NCBI RefSeq assembly: GCF_009914755.1
Contig: NC_060930.1
Strand: one strand, 5' to 3'
Length of the DNA: 64,000 nucleotides
Origin: the human T2T-CHM13v2.0 reference genome, Homo sapiens
Part shown: piece after piece, positions 26,856 through 44,880 of the stretch
How positions within the stretch are numbered: position 1 is the first letter of the stretch
Layout of the letters: each line of letters opens with the position of its first letter
Notes under the pieces: generated by a model
Told to the model about the DNA's origin: nothing
What the model saw: only the letters and a program-made list of their open reading frames with translations
The model's database searches: none
Translations under genes and position numbers: made by a program

Positions 26856-28574
26856 GATGATTATTGCAGTGCTTACCTTTATTGTCTAATAATGTCTGCA
26901 CAGAGTAGGTCCTCCACAAATCTTTGTTCAAGAAATACAAGAAAATGCCTTTGATCCTCAGAGTCATAGAAGAGGATGATGCCTCGGCCTTTTTTCTGTT
27001 CTCTCAATCCCCAAGTATATACCCACAATATACTACAGCATCTAGGACAGGAAGTTTCTATGTCAGGTACAAGGTACATATGTTCTTAACGGGACTCCAT
27101 CTTTTCTCTGAGGCAGAAGATAGACAACTGTCCAAAAGCATTTATTCATTGCTGTGTGCTGTAGGACTTAAGGCTGTTGCTGCTGTCTTGTGATACAGCT
27201 ACCTCCAATGAAAGGTGCTGCTTCTCTCTGAAATAGGAAGGAGAAAAGAAGCAAGGCAACTCTTTCCCAAAGTTTAGGATTAGAATAGCAAAACATCTCT
27301 TTTTGAAGTATGAGCTAGGTAGAAAAAAGTGGTTCCTAAATGTTGTACACCTTTCAATTGATCTTAAATAGGAAGATCCTATGAGTACCAAGGACCATGT
27401 AAGTTTAGGGTTTTGATGCAACGAAAAACTCAGGACCTCAAGAAATTGTCTAATCTGTGCACTTCTGTCTTGAGGCAAGTACAGTCTTATGGACACTGAC
27501 AGACAGACTAACCTAACTAGCATCATAATAGTCTGACGGCTAGTAGACTGATCTGCTTTACTGTTTATCATCAGCACATCAGCTTTCTGTTCCAAAGAAC
27601 TGGGACTGAGTTGGTATACTTAGTTCTTTTGAATAAAGTGATAAAGATATGTTTTCTTTTTTTATGTCTCTGAACATCTGACCTACATTTTATCTTTTTG
27701 TTATGAAGTAGAACATTTTATTCTACTTCAGGTTTATTTTGAGGGGAGATTATGTCTCTATGTGCTATATGAACGTCAGTTTTTATTGGATCGACATGTA
27801 ATGAAATATATTTTCATGGTGAACATCCTTTTATATATTTCAGTTCAGATACAGCTTAATTTTATAAAATGAATAAACTAAATCAATAAAGAGAGGGAAA
27901 ATCATTTTTAGCATTATAATTCCTTCTGTTTGAAGTTAGAGACAAGGTTATCTTCAGGACTTTAGTTCTCCAATCCAATAAGTTAGAAATGGTCTTTTTT
28001 AAATTAAAAAATGACTAATGTTTGATGTGATTTTAAATATTAACTCTTGTTAAAATGCTTATGCTTTGTTTTCGTTCAAGTCTTAAACATATAATGTTTT
28101 GGATCCAGATCATGTGTTTTACACACTGGTTATTACCTAATGAATAAAAACAATGATGTCTGATTCTAAGATGGTCTCTCCCTTATTGATGACAAGAAAA
28201 ATCTTCTCAGTAATCTTATATTGTCCATTGAGATAAATATGTAGGGTATAATTTCACTGGTCACACGAATTATTTAAAGCATGACATGAATTAGTAAACG
28301 TGTATTTTGTCATCAGCATCATCAGCGCCATCACTTTGTACACCGTTATTGTCATAATTACCACTGTTGTCATTGCCAAGAAGTTTTCCTTTTCTTTTTT
28401 CTCATCTTCCTCCTCCAGGTCACAAAAATCATGCTATCAAGTTTTGCCAAAAAAATCCTTAATATCTACTTTAAGAAGCAGTTAGTAACAGAAAACATTG
28501 TTTTATAAATTGATGTGTTCTGCTGAAAAATTTTAAAAGACATGTTCCCTTAAATAGCTAATGCATAAACTCTC

Positions 28575-29500
<926 letters not shown>

Positions 29501-29544
29501 CTCTCTAACGTGCCTATTAATTTTTTCAGCTCTTTCCTATAGAC

Positions 29545-30013
29545 TTTGCTGTCTAACATGATAGGAGCCACGTGTCTATTTCCATTGAAATTAAATAAAA
29601 TTTAAAATTCATTTTCCTAGCTGTACTAGGCATGGTTCAAGTACTGAACAGTCAATGCGACTAGCGGCTGTCATGCTGCACAATGCAATTATAGATTATC
29701 AACCTTCACAGGAAGTTGTGTTTGGGACTAAAGTGATAACAATTTGTATGGATTACCACTTCTATGTAACATAATTTTATTGTATTAACTCAGCAGACTA
29801 AAAATGAAAATTTTAGACTGTGCAGGCAGGCAAGAGGGGAAAATTTTTAAATAGTATTTTGATATGTGTTCAGTCACACCACAGAGGTGGTATTTTTTAG
29901 TCTACTCATAGAGCAGCCTCAGGAAGTCTCCTGCTATTGTTTCTGGTTTCTGCTGTGGCTAATTGTAATGAAAGAATAATTCTGTCACCACAAAAAGTCT
30001 TGTTGGACAGTGC
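29545..30013 (-). mobile_element. MER3-like hAT element with about 260 bp of unexplained internal sequence
   Basis: MER3-like 29545-29718; terminal-like aaagtcttgttggacagtgct at about 29993-30013. Confidence 0.55.
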
Positions 30014-30064
30014 TTCATAGAAGATCATTAAAAAGGTAGACTATCATCTAATGTGCAGCTACAA

Positions 30065-30277
30065 CAGTTTTACGCAATGGAACATTCTCTGATGATGAAA
30101 TCTATATCTATGCTGCCCTATATGGTAAGCATTAGCTACAGGTCGCTATCAAAGCACTGGAAATGTGGCTAGTGAGGGATTAAATTCTTAATTTAATTTT
30201 AATTATAAATTAATGATTTAAAATTTTAAATAGATAAAATAGATGTGCCTAGTGGTACATACATTGGGTAGCACAGA
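30065..30277 (+). mobile_element. MER3 hAT MITE
   Basis: caatggaacattctctgatgatgaaa...gcactggaaatgtggctagtg...cattgggtagcacag. Confidence 0.75.
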
Positions 30278-31827
30278 TCTAGGCTATGACACATTTTCAA
30301 TTATTGGAGTCCTGCTACTTTGACATTGGCTCATAAATAAAATCTGAGCGCTTTTAGGTTGGTGGTAGGGAAATGGTTGGGTAGATTAGGAAGAGAATGT
30401 AATTCTCTTAACGTTTCATTATGTTTTAGACAATTTTGAAAGTCCAAGGAAAGAGGTTGAAAAGTAAAATCTCCTAGTTTTAGATCTTATTTTATATTCA
30501 AGTTAGTGTTTCATCTGTAGCAATTTGTCTGCCTTTAGAATGTTACAGCTTTATTCAGCTGGAAGAAATTTTCTTACAATGTTTTCTCCTCACGTTGACT
30601 TGCCTTTTGCTTTGTTACATTTAATTATATCCCCCCTTAAGGAAGATGGGAGGGAAAACATCAAGTAAACATGTTCGAATGCAGAACTTGTTCTTCCCCA
30701 AAAGGTATAGTTTGTAACCTAATAAATACAACCACATTGTGATTCAATTAACAAGTGATAGCAACAAAGAAAATAGTAAATCTGTGATTTATTTTAATGT
30801 GATGAAAATGGCAGATCTCTTTCAGATGAGAATTTAAAGTGAAGCAAAATCAAATTTAGCCCAGTGTTTCATTTCTAGATGTGCTGAAGTGCTGTCACAA
30901 AAACACACACTGCCTATCTCCATGGAATGTACCACCTATTGTTAGGAATGAAAATTTCCATCATCCTAATATGTTTAGGTATCATTTCCAGATGCTCAAC
31001 TTCTCAGGAACTGGACCATACGTTGAAGCTGTGTGACACTCATAATGATAACTCTCTCCATACTAACAACAATACGCAAACTCCAAGGCAAAAATTCTAG
31101 TTAGACACAGACATTTCATAGTTGAGTTTCACTGTAGCTAGAGTTTGGCATTTCACCTATATATAGTCTGAAAAAAGAGAAGTCTCTGAAGTACTTCTGT
31201 TTGTGATGGGAGTCAGAGGGCGGGGGCTGATCTACTTTTCTTGTTTGTTTATGGGGCAGGATGCCACAAGTCAAATGAAGTATAACGACCATGGATTACT
31301 AGGGAAGAAGGAAGCACAGAACTTGGTTCCATATGCACTATATATATTAGAGAACGCCAGTTTGGGCATTGTCTTGGATAGTAAGTTCCAGTTACTAACC
31401 AGAACTACAAAGAGAATGAACAGAAGCCCTGAAGAGTTCTATACTTCCCCTCATACCCAATAGCTAAGAAACATTTCCACCTACCATCCTTTCCGTGTCT
31501 TCATGTCTTATATCTTTTCCTTGGAGCTACAGGGTAATAAATATTGGAGGATGCTAATGCACAGCAGGATAATGATGCTTTGAAATACCACCTAGAGATT
31601 CTTTCCTGGTAATTATTATTTTTTTCTTTCTGTCTTTCAAGAAACATTCCACCTCTCAGGCTGTGAAGCTAAGACTTACTGCCATTGAAAATGAGAAGAA
31701 GAGACTAGTAGAGACAGCTGAGACCAAACACTTTAATTGAGTCAACAGAAGGATTCAATTTAAACCTCCAACAAACAGAATGGCTGTAAGACAAGTTGCA
31801 TTTGATTGGCAAGAACCAAACACTTGA

Positions 31828-33407
<1,580 letters not shown>

Positions 33408-33954
33408 CTGAGAGAAAAATGGCTTTAGATTTGACTTATATTGGCAGTGCTTTGTGGAACCACTTAGTGGGAGGATGCAGGTTATGACATGGAGCATTTT
33501 TTTACATAGAAGGGAAGATATTAAAACACTTCCTGCCCAGAAGTGAGAAACTTATAGAGGACCTGGAGATGAAAGCAACACATGGAGATGTTAGTACAGT
33601 CTATGGTCTAGTCACTTTGCTACCTGGGCCAGAGTTCTTGTTGGTGAAGAAAATAGAGGTCCTGACAGTTTGAGGAATGTGAAAGAGGGTCCTGCACAAC
33701 CATAGCACTGTAATTTATTTCCTGTGGTTTGTACTGTTTTGGACACTGTATGTGCCTAATTGGAGTAGATTCGATAGCATATGAGAAGAAAGAATTAGTA
33801 AGAGTGAATCTTCAGAACTTTTGAAGGGTTTTCTCAAATGCGAGGAAGATATGGCCCAGTATCTGGGAGATGTAGGGGCAATAGATAGTTTTAAAATCAT
33901 ATATTTTTAATTTATTTTTGAAGATGACATGAATAACAGCATGATATATTCTTT

Positions 33955-34345
33955 TTTAAAAACATTTATTTAAATTGACAAATGAAAATTGCATATATTT
34001 ATTTTGTTCAACCTGATATTCAGAAATATTTATACATTGTGGAATGCTAAATCCAGATAATTAACATGTGCATTATCTTACTTTTTTTTGGTGGTGAGAA
34101 CAATTAAAATCTACTCTCTCAGCAATTTTCAAAAATATAATGCATTGTTATTAACTATAGTCACCGTGTTGTATAATAGAACTCTTGAATGTATTTCTTG
34201 TATCTAACCAAAATTTTGGATCCTTTGACCAACATCTGTCCATCCCCCTTCTCCAGCCCCTGGTAACCACCATTGTACTCTCTGCCTCTGTGAATGTAAC
34301 TTTTTAAAATTTCACATATATGTGAGATCAGCATATTATATTCTG
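33955..34345 (-). mobile_element. L1MA-type 3' end
   Basis: attgacaaatgaaaattgcatatattt...gtggtgagaacaattaaaatctactctctcagcaattttcaa. Confidence 0.85.
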
Positions 34346-34392
34346 GTAATGATTCAATAGAGAGGGGAAAAATTTCCATGTAAGAGAGAGAG

Positions 34393-34704
<312 letters not shown>

Positions 34705-34975
34705 TCATTGAAACAATGTTCCTGAATGAGTGAAAGGGAATAGGAGTGGTACAGAGATTGGCTTTAGCTGGAAATAACAAGAGAAACACTCTCTTGGATA
34801 GATTTTATGTTAGGATCAAAAATGCAAGCAAACAGAACATAGCATGGTTTGAGCATTAGAATTATATAAACATAAACATTAAATATTTAGAAAACTACAT
34901 TTGAGCCAGAAGACATGCCAGTTATGAAACATAAGCTTGACTAGGACTCCTTACCTTGAAGGCATTAGAGTGGCC

Positions 34976-35197
34976 CAGTGGTTTTCAATTGAAGGTGATG
35001 TTTTCTCCATGGCCCAAGGATATTTGCCAATGTCTGGAGACACGTTTAGTTGTTACACCTGGGGGAGATGTTGCTGTCGACATCTAGTGGGTAGAGAACA
35101 GGAATGCTGCTAAACATTCTATAATGCAAAAGTCAGCCCCCAACACAAACAATTAACTAGCCTAAAGTGTAAATAGTACAAATATTGAAAAACAGTG
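34976..35197 (+). mobile_element. MER20 hAT MITE
   Basis: cagtggttttcaa...tgccaatgtctggagac...catctagtgggtagagaacaggaatgctgctaaacattcta. Confidence 0.88.
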
Positions 35198-36374
35198 ACA
35201 GGAAAGAGTTTCCCTGACCTCTACTGAAATCTGCTGTAGTTATTAATGGTATAGTTGATTTTGTTTGCCCCTTACAGCCAAAGACAGGGGGAAGAAGAAA
35301 AAACTAGCATCAAAGCCAGAGCACTGATGTCTTAACGTGTAGAAGATGCATGGTCATGTGACACATTGCAACACACTGCAGAGAATTCTATCTAAAAGTC
35401 TGTAACCTTCGGCTCATCTGTGTTGTTCAGTGGTCACCATAAATACAATTTGTGTTGAAGTGGCTCTCCCAGATTCCAGCCAACCACACTAATCTATCTA
35501 AACAAGTTCTATGAGAAACAAATGTCTCCAGGTATGCTGGGTCAGCTGTGAACATTAAAATGGGGTTTAGTGATGAATTAGTTATTGGGGAAAACAAACA
35601 TATTATAGCGCCATTCTTGAAAATCATACACTTTGATACTTAACACACATCTTAGTTCAAATGAAAGTAATAAAGATGCAGTTTCATAAGTTTTAAAATT
35701 ATATGGTCACATCCAAAATATCATTAATAATTAACAAAATCTCAGACAAAATAAGGATGTGAAATTGCTTATTTCAGATACAAATGTCACATTATTGGAT
35801 GCATTTTGTTAGGATTTGAAGTAGATTATTTATGACAGTAGAACCAGGGTAAAGGAAATGGGAACAGCAAAAAGGTTTAAAAGATTAGTAAAATTTAATA
35901 TTTAGTAATTTGAAAGTTGATGTGAAATATTACTATATTGTGCTTAGGTAAGATTTACTAGAACACTTTGTAAAAATAATCTAAGTACTAGGGCCATTGG
36001 GAATGCTGTCTTTCTTTAAAATTTCAAATTCACTGGATTATGGTAACTGAAAGAAGGAATAGACAAACCAGGTAATTCTTGCATCCTAACATTAGCTTTA
36101 CCTAGTCATGCATAACAACACAGGGAAGCCATATGAAAAAAAATCATGCCTAAAAAATATCAGTCTGAGATAAAGTATGTAAATACATGTTTATTGTAAA
36201 CCACTTCAAACTATTTTTGAAAGAAGGTAAGGCAAGGCATAAACATACAAATATTTAGTAGCATATGCCTTAATACTGAACAAGGAGTTGTATTTTTCTT
36301 ACATTCATTTCTTTTTTTCAAACTTATTTTAAAGTGTTTTCTCTAGAATGTCACCTTGGGCTACAAATTAATCT

Positions 36375-37270
36375 TTAATCTATTTGTCTATATTTGTTGA
36401 CTTACTACTATATACAGAACATTAACTTGGTCCTGGAGATTGAGTGATGAGTAATGTGCTCTACTTGCTTTAAAGGGCATATAGTCCAGCAGGATACAGA
36501 GACACAAGTAAACAGGTAACAATGACATAATGTCATAAGTTCTATGGCAGAGGTAACCATGGGGATGCAATGGAGGGTCAAAGAAGGGAGTACTTAACCA
36601 AGTCTTGGGAAGTTTCTGAGAAGGTCAAGTTAGTGGAATTCTAAGCTGGATTCTGAAAGATGAGCTGTAGTTGCCTAGGCAAATGTGGTGTGAGAGAGCA
36701 GGAGGACATTTCAGGCAGAGAGTACAGTATGATCGAAGTGTTCAGCGTTGAGATAGACCACAGGTATAGGGAGAAATGTGGATGGTTCAGTATGACAGGA
36801 ATTAGAGAATGAAAGAGGTCAATGGAATTGCTGAAGATAGAGAAGGAATCAGGGGTCATATTGCCTTGGGAACTTTATCTTGTGGGTATTGGGGAATCAC
36901 TAGGATGCATAAGTGGTGGAGTAACTTGATCAGAGTTCCATGTCAGAAAGATGTTTCTGGCTGCAGTGTGGAGAACATCTTAGAGAAGAATAAAGGTGGA
37001 GGCAATGAGCCCAGTTAAGGGAGTGTGCTGTAAACCCTGTGGTCTGAGCAAGAGTAACAGACTCTTGATGAGAAGAATGAGGAGATTTTGAAAATAATTA
37101 GGTGGTAAAATGGACACAACTTTGTGATATTTATATATGAGAGGTGAGGGAGAATGAGGCATCAAGAGTGCTTCTTCCTATCTCTTTGGTTTAGAAAGTT
37201 GGGTTAATGATGATGCTGCTGACTGATGGAGGACATCCCAAAGTTTGTGGGAAAGATGAGGTCTATTGGC
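36375..37270 (-). mobile_element. L2 (L2b/c-like)
   Basis: tatttgttgacttactacta...aagctggattctgaaagatgag...ctggctgcagtgtggagaa...gaggtgagggagaatgaggcatcaag. Confidence 0.8.
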
Positions 37271-37706
37271 TATTGCACATAAAGGCCTACATTGATTACA
37301 GTGAGCATAAAGGTGTGTGATGACTGCTCATAATATGTTCTACTCAGGGATTGCCACATTCTCCATTTTTAGGTATCCAAATGTTACTATATTAGGGCAC
37401 ATTTCTGATGAATACTAGTGGGATAACTGAACAAAAACTTATATTTTGTTTTTTTTTTTCTGCTTTTATCTAGAGTCATGCAAACAGTTCCTCTGGCAGC
37501 ATTTTAGAGGTGTCAACCCAACAATTCTACCACTGTTTTGTCAAGCCAGTTGGCTGAATAATAAGTATATCCTAACTAAATATATATATATATATGCAGA
37601 AATAGCCATTAAGTAAAGGATGGGATACTATAATTTCTAACACCTAAGATTGGAAAATAGATATTTTTAAATTAGATTAAGTTGTTAATAAGAAATTATA
37701 TACTAA

Positions 37707-38015
37707 GGCTGGGTGCCATGGCTCATACCTGTTATCCCAGGTTTTGGAGGCTGAGGGAGGAGGATCATTTGAGACAGGAGTTTGAGCATAACTTGGGCAA
37801 CATAGCGAGATCCTGTCTCTACAAGAATTCGAAATTAGCCAGGAATAATGGGCTATGCCTGTAATCCTAGCTACTCAGAAGGCTGAGGAAAGAGCATAGC
37901 TTGAGCTTGGAGTTTGAGACTGCAGTGAGCTATGATTGTATAACTGCATTCCAGCCTGGGTGACAGACAGAGATCCTCTCTCTAAAATAAATAAATAAAT
38001 AAATAAATAAAATCA
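37707..38015 (+). mobile_element. AluJ with (TAAA)n tail
   Basis: Highly diverged; J-type ggaggatc, tgcagtgagctatgatt. Confidence 0.9.
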
Positions 38016-40364
38016 TATAAGAAGAAATATAAACTTAAACTGTGCATTATACAATTCAGTAACTATGCTAGTAAATCTACTCACTGGTAAATATACAATG
38101 AACTCATAACATTTATTTCATCTCAGAGTATGAAGAATAAATTAAGAATTATGTGAACCCTATTTACAGCATGTTTTAAAATTGCTTTTCTTGATACATT
38201 CAGAATAAATAATTAATAAACTATTTCTTCTCACCCAAAACTAATATACAGTGATATAATGTTATCTTACTTCAAAATAAGTTATTGTTTTTCATTGATA
38301 GTTTAGAGTGTCAGATGTTAAGGAGTCATGTGTATTCTCATGCCTTATCTAACAATGCTAAAATTGTCTACCTTAAAATAATAGGAATTATATTTTGTTT
38401 TCCCATAGAATTCAGGATTTTAAGAGCACCTGTGACAAGGAGTGTCTTGCTAAAATATTGTTAATAATGGTTATTAAAAAGAAGGAAGAATTCAAAGGAG
38501 CTCTTTTCCAGTTACAGATGTGGATTTTTATTTTTCTGTTCTGGTAAACCAAACTACAATTGTCTCCTACAATAGCAAAATGAATAATAAAATCACATTG
38601 AAAGTGATTTTAATTTTCCATTATTATCCAGTATAATTAAAATTTCAGAAATAATATTCTTTAAGCACTCTGATGTTTTTCAAATACTCTCTTCTTTAAG
38701 TGTTATAGCTCAGAGAAGGGAATGGGCCACTTTTGCAATAACATGCTATGTGCACACTTCTCCCTTTTAAATTTCAATTCAAAGGAAATGTAAAAATCTT
38801 CAAACACAGCAGAAATTGTGAATTAATAAGACCTGCAATTAAATCTCTTTTATGGTATAAACTGTGCCTATGCCTTAACAAAACAAGATGTCAGCATTGT
38901 GAAGGTCAAAGTTGCTTGGCATCAAATAGATCAATTGCTGAATTGTTTATATACATGTTAGAAAAGTGCACTGCTGTAAAAATATTCTCATAATCTGCAG
39001 AATTTGACACTGAAAATAACATTTGCTATTTAATTAAATGTTGAGAAGGCATTTATAGATAGACACCAATAGACAGCAGTTTTCTTGGATTGCATCTGGA
39101 ACGACCTTTATTCCCCTTTGCAATAATTCTCTCACACCCCAAACACTTGGCAAAGAAGAATGTTTGTCAGTGGATACATTCCTTACAATTTCAGCTTGGC
39201 TTTGAACTTTAAGGTGCAAATGAAACTGTTTTTGAGATTTATTTTTCATTAGGTTTTATGATTACTATTTCTCTATTTTATGTTTTCTACTTTTTCCTCA
39301 CCCTAAATATGGTATCGGTTATAGGTAACAGTTTTTACTCTTGGAAAGAATGGAAAATTACTGGTGGAGAAGAAACCAAGCTATGTTACTCTGACCACAG
39401 GAAGCTCCCTTGCTGAAAATATCTCGGTATCTTCCCATTGCTTTGTGGATAAAAATTTAAACTAATTAGCTTTCTTTTTAATCAGCTAGCATTTCCAGCT
39501 TTATTAAACTCTTCACACTAGACAAAATGGCTTACTAGATGTTTCTTAGGTACATATTGTACTATCTCTGTTTTGTGTTTATTTTGTTTGATTATATTGT
39601 TTGATCCAAAATGACATCTTCCTTTGATTTTTCTTTGTGAGTCCAGATGAAAGGATATTTACATAAAAATAGCCCTCTGCCCCCACCCTCGGCCCCAAAT
39701 CCAGGACTAATTGCTTGATTCTGCTACATAATTAAGACAGAAATATGCAGAGTGGACTTTTGAGGGAAATCATTACTAGCTTCTTGGAGGCTGTGGTCCC
39801 AAGCTCCTGTGAGGAAGCCACACTCCTGGTGAACTACATCAGATCCCACAGGGCCTTCCAGGCTGCCTCTTGCTTTTCGACCTGGGCATTGTTCCTTTTA
39901 CTCACAACTCTTGGCGCTCTAGATCTTGCAACATATAGGAAAATAAACACATTCATACAGCATCTACCAGAAATGGCATCCCAAGCACCTTGGTCAGTAA
40001 TATCTGATGATGAACCTTAACATCTGTCAAGGAAGTCATGGGCAAAAAAGGAGAAGATCGAGCTTATCTTATCTGATGAGCATTTGGAGTGTGGCAGTGC
40101 TGAGGGTGAAGGTTGAGAGAGGATTTTCACCTTGTTCTCAGAGCTGTTCTTCTTTCATGGGTTTTATAATATCCTCTCCCCAGAATATCTAACTAAACAA
40201 AGATTTCCATGGATTAGAAAACAAATTTTGTTTTAGAGGTTGAAGTGAATCACTGATTCACTCTATGTAAACCCAACTTTCCATAAAGCACACCTTTCTG
40301 TAAAGGTCATCCTGGCCTCTCCACCCCAGATATGTCTGTCTGAATTTCTGCAGCAATTACTATC

Positions 40365-40480
40365 TGGGCTCTGGAATCAGACAGCCTAAATGCCCCTGTG
40401 GCTTATAGTTCTCATCTATAATATGAAGATAATAGCATCTACCTCAAGAACTGAGTTGAAGATTGAGAATTAAGTTATTA
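40365..40480 (+). mobile_element. MIR fragment
   Basis: gggctctggaatcagacagcct...ctcatctataatatgaagataatagcatctacctca. Confidence 0.65.
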
Positions 40481-40539
40481 GCAGTTTTTTTTTTTGGCAA
40501 TTCATGCTGTTGTATATTATTATCTACAACTACCTTAAA

Positions 40540-41030
40540 TTGATTTTAAATTTTATTTTTAAATACATGCATTCAAATAATTGATCTATATATGTTTTGT
40601 ATACTATGTAGACTATTAAGTATACACTTAGTATATAGAAAATTCCCAACATAATTGAAACTACAATGTATCCTTTTCCTAGTGCATTCCTCTTACTTTC
40701 TGCCAGAAATTTTGGTTTTCATAATACATTCATTACATATGTATCCCTAAAAACTATATATTTTTAAAGCTTAACATTTTCAAAGTTTATATAAATGGTA
40801 CCTTACTATATGTATCCTCCGTTTTTTAAAAACAATTGGTTTTTGTTCCTCAACACTTTGTTTGTGAAGGTCATACATGTTGTTATATACAGCAGTAGCT
40901 AATGTATTTTGCTGCTGTAAAATTTTTTATTTTATGAATACTCTACAATTGATCTGATTTCCTACTGGAATATATTTTGGTTTTCTCCAGTTTTTTTTGG
41001 TTATATTAACAACACTGCTATGAACATTCT
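40540..41030 (-). mobile_element. Ancient L1ME fragment
   Basis: ttatataaatggtaccttactatatgtatcc...aacaacactgctatgaacattct. Confidence 0.65.
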
Positions 41031-41419
41031 TGTCTCCAATAATTAAATGGTACTTTGAATCTTTGATTACTTAATTTTCCTCTTCCCTTCTTCCCATCCT
41101 ACCTAGGTTGCAAATGCCCCTTAGAATCTTTATTTCCCTCCATAGTATTTAACATGGTGTCTTGACCACAATAGGTACTCCATAAATACTTGTATATTTG
41201 ATATAATCAAAATGGATGCATCCTTTGACTAATGTATCAATTATTTTAATTGGTCCTTTTCCATTTTCTATACCATGACATTTATCCTTTTCAGATGCTG
41301 TGCTGTCATCTAGCTATTATTCATTGCATTGTAGCCTTTCAGAATATCAATGGTACCTGCATTCATATATAGCATCATGTTCATAGTTAATATAATCTCT
41401 TTCAACATTATACACCATC

Positions 41420-41580
41420 ATATACTGAAAAATCTACTTAACCGGTCTGAACTCATTTCTTCTTCTGTAACATTAGTATAAAAATACCTACTTCGTAAGT
41501 TTGTTGTAGATATTGAACGTAGTACATTTAGATCTTTAAGCATAGCAAGGGCTCAAAGTACCTATTGTTATTACTATTAT
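41420..41580 (+). mobile_element. MIR fragment
   Basis: acttaacc...tctgaactcatttcttcttctgtaacatt...aatacctacttcg. Confidence 0.6.
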
Positions 41581-42319
41581 TCCCTAACTGATTGATGTGG
41601 TTAACTCTAATATCTGCAGCCAGATAGTATGTCCCTAGAGCACAAGAACATTCTTATAATTACACCCATCCATAGGGCCTGTCATAACTCATGTTAGTTG
41701 AATTGAACTGAGTAGTCAGTGGTTATTAAATAACCATTGATTGGCTAAATCCCTGCTTAGTAACTCTTCTCTTTCTCTCACTTAACCCTTGAAAGTGATT
41801 TGTAGTTTTGTAGAATTGCCAGTTAAGACTGGAGTGGAGTGGGAAGCAGTTAGCTGCAATAAAATGAAGGAGAAATAATAATAAGAAATTGCCTTTGAAG
41901 CTGAGACTGAGTAGACAGATTGGGTGGTTACTTCCATGGTATGACTTGACATATATCAAAATACTCATTCCAAAAATGCCACCTTCCATCTGCCTGCCAC
42001 ATTGTCAAAAATCACTACTTTTTAGTCCTCCTTTTGAGTGAAGACAATAAAAGTTTTGTTGACTATATTACATGGAAGTACTTTTTCTTAATATGATGAT
42101 GTTTCAGAAGGGAGGATATGGAATGGTCAATGGAACTCTTGAGTACCAAGCAAGCTTTGCTAATTTCACAATTTTTCTTAGAGCTGCCTTATTATAATAT
42201 GGATCCTTTAGAGGGTATTTTCCCTGTGCCACACAGTTTATCAATATTGATATGGTAATATTTTACAAGTATGGAGTTTATAATATCAATTGGAATAATA
42301 ACATTGTGTCAATATTGTT

Positions 42320-42480
42320 TATAATATTCATAAACCTTTACAATTTTGATACTATGTCGATATTGCAGATGAGGAAATTGAAACCCAGAAATGTTATTTA
42401 CCCAGTCTACCCAATCATAGATATCCATACCTAGGAATTTGAATTTAGAGTTCTATAATTCTAACCTTTGCTATACCTTG
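42320..42480 (-). mobile_element. MIR fragment
   Basis: ttgcagatgaggaaattgaaacccagaaatgtta. Confidence 0.65.
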
Positions 42481-43589
42481 AAGACTCTCTTGCCTTGGCC
42501 TGTGTTTTGCTTAAACCACAGTAATTGGTAGTGTGATGAAATAATTAGAGAGGAAGTTTTTTTTTTTTTACTTTTTTCAACAACACCATAACCCTATTGT
42601 CTGCATCTGACTGACTTCTATTCACCTAATAGCAAAACCTAGTTATGCTTCATTTCAGGAGTAAAAGAGCTTTTCCAAGTCTATTTGGGGGTATGCATTT
42701 CTGCTCCTGGGTGGATCCACACTGCAGCTTGCTTCTCCCTAGTATCATGGCAGCTCTCCATTCCTATTCTTTACCTCCAGTCCTGTGGCTGCTTTCTTCC
42801 CGTGCATGATTTTTGTCCTCCATGTGATCACCTTCCTTATTTCTTCATTCTTCCAAAGCACCAATATTACAAAATAATTACAAAAATTTGAAGATAACAA
42901 TTATCCCGAAAGATCGCAGAATGTGTAAGGACACTGGCTACTGTACGCATACAGCAAAAGTAAAAAACAATACTAGATATCAATCTGCTTAAAAGTTTCC
43001 ATGCCACCCCTGCTTCTAGAATTATCCCCTAGGCTGTCCATTTTGCTCAGGACTGGGGCTTGAGTCCTATCTCTTTTCTTCTCTCCATTTTTACCAATTT
43101 CAAGGCTTATGAACTCTCTGTCTTCCTCTTTTCTTAGTCATTCTTTTACACACCAGGCCTGTGTTGAATGGATGTGAAAGGCAATAGTTTGATGGGGTGG
43201 ATTGGAAGGACTGACTTTTCACAACTGAAATAAAAGATCCAGCAAAAGATAAGCTCTGGTCCAGTCTCTCGGTGGTGATTGCTTTTGAGGAAGGGCCAAT
43301 CTGTCCTTCCTGACTTGGCCCCAAGTTAGCTCTTGCTGGTCCTGCCAGTACTCTGAAACAGCCTACCCTCCTGTTGGTCCAGGCTTGAGCTTTCGGCCCT
43401 AAAACCTTGGCCAAGAATAGTTTTTTTTTTTTTTTTCTTTCCTAAACCTGAGGCTGAACAACTCCCTGGCAGGCACCTTGTTGATCATTTCTGTGCAATA
43501 GATCTCTTCTAGGCCATGCTGGGGATGAGCAAAACTTGGATGGAGTGAAGGGATCTATTTCAATCTGTCACTGACTAAACATGCTACAC

Positions 43590-44880
<1,291 letters not shown>

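Noticed and set aside
35431-35531. Possible 101-nt exon (gttcag|...cag|gtatgc)
   Set aside because: Weak pyrimidine tract and stops in all frames; indistinguishable from chance
39745-40192. 91-aa and 61-aa ORFs in unique DNA
   Set aside because: No recognisable domain, splice context or pseudogene hallmarks; length expected by chance
43060-43414. Acceptor-like tracts, AATAAA and a 104-aa minus ORF
   Set aside because: No consistent exon structure; protein not recognisable
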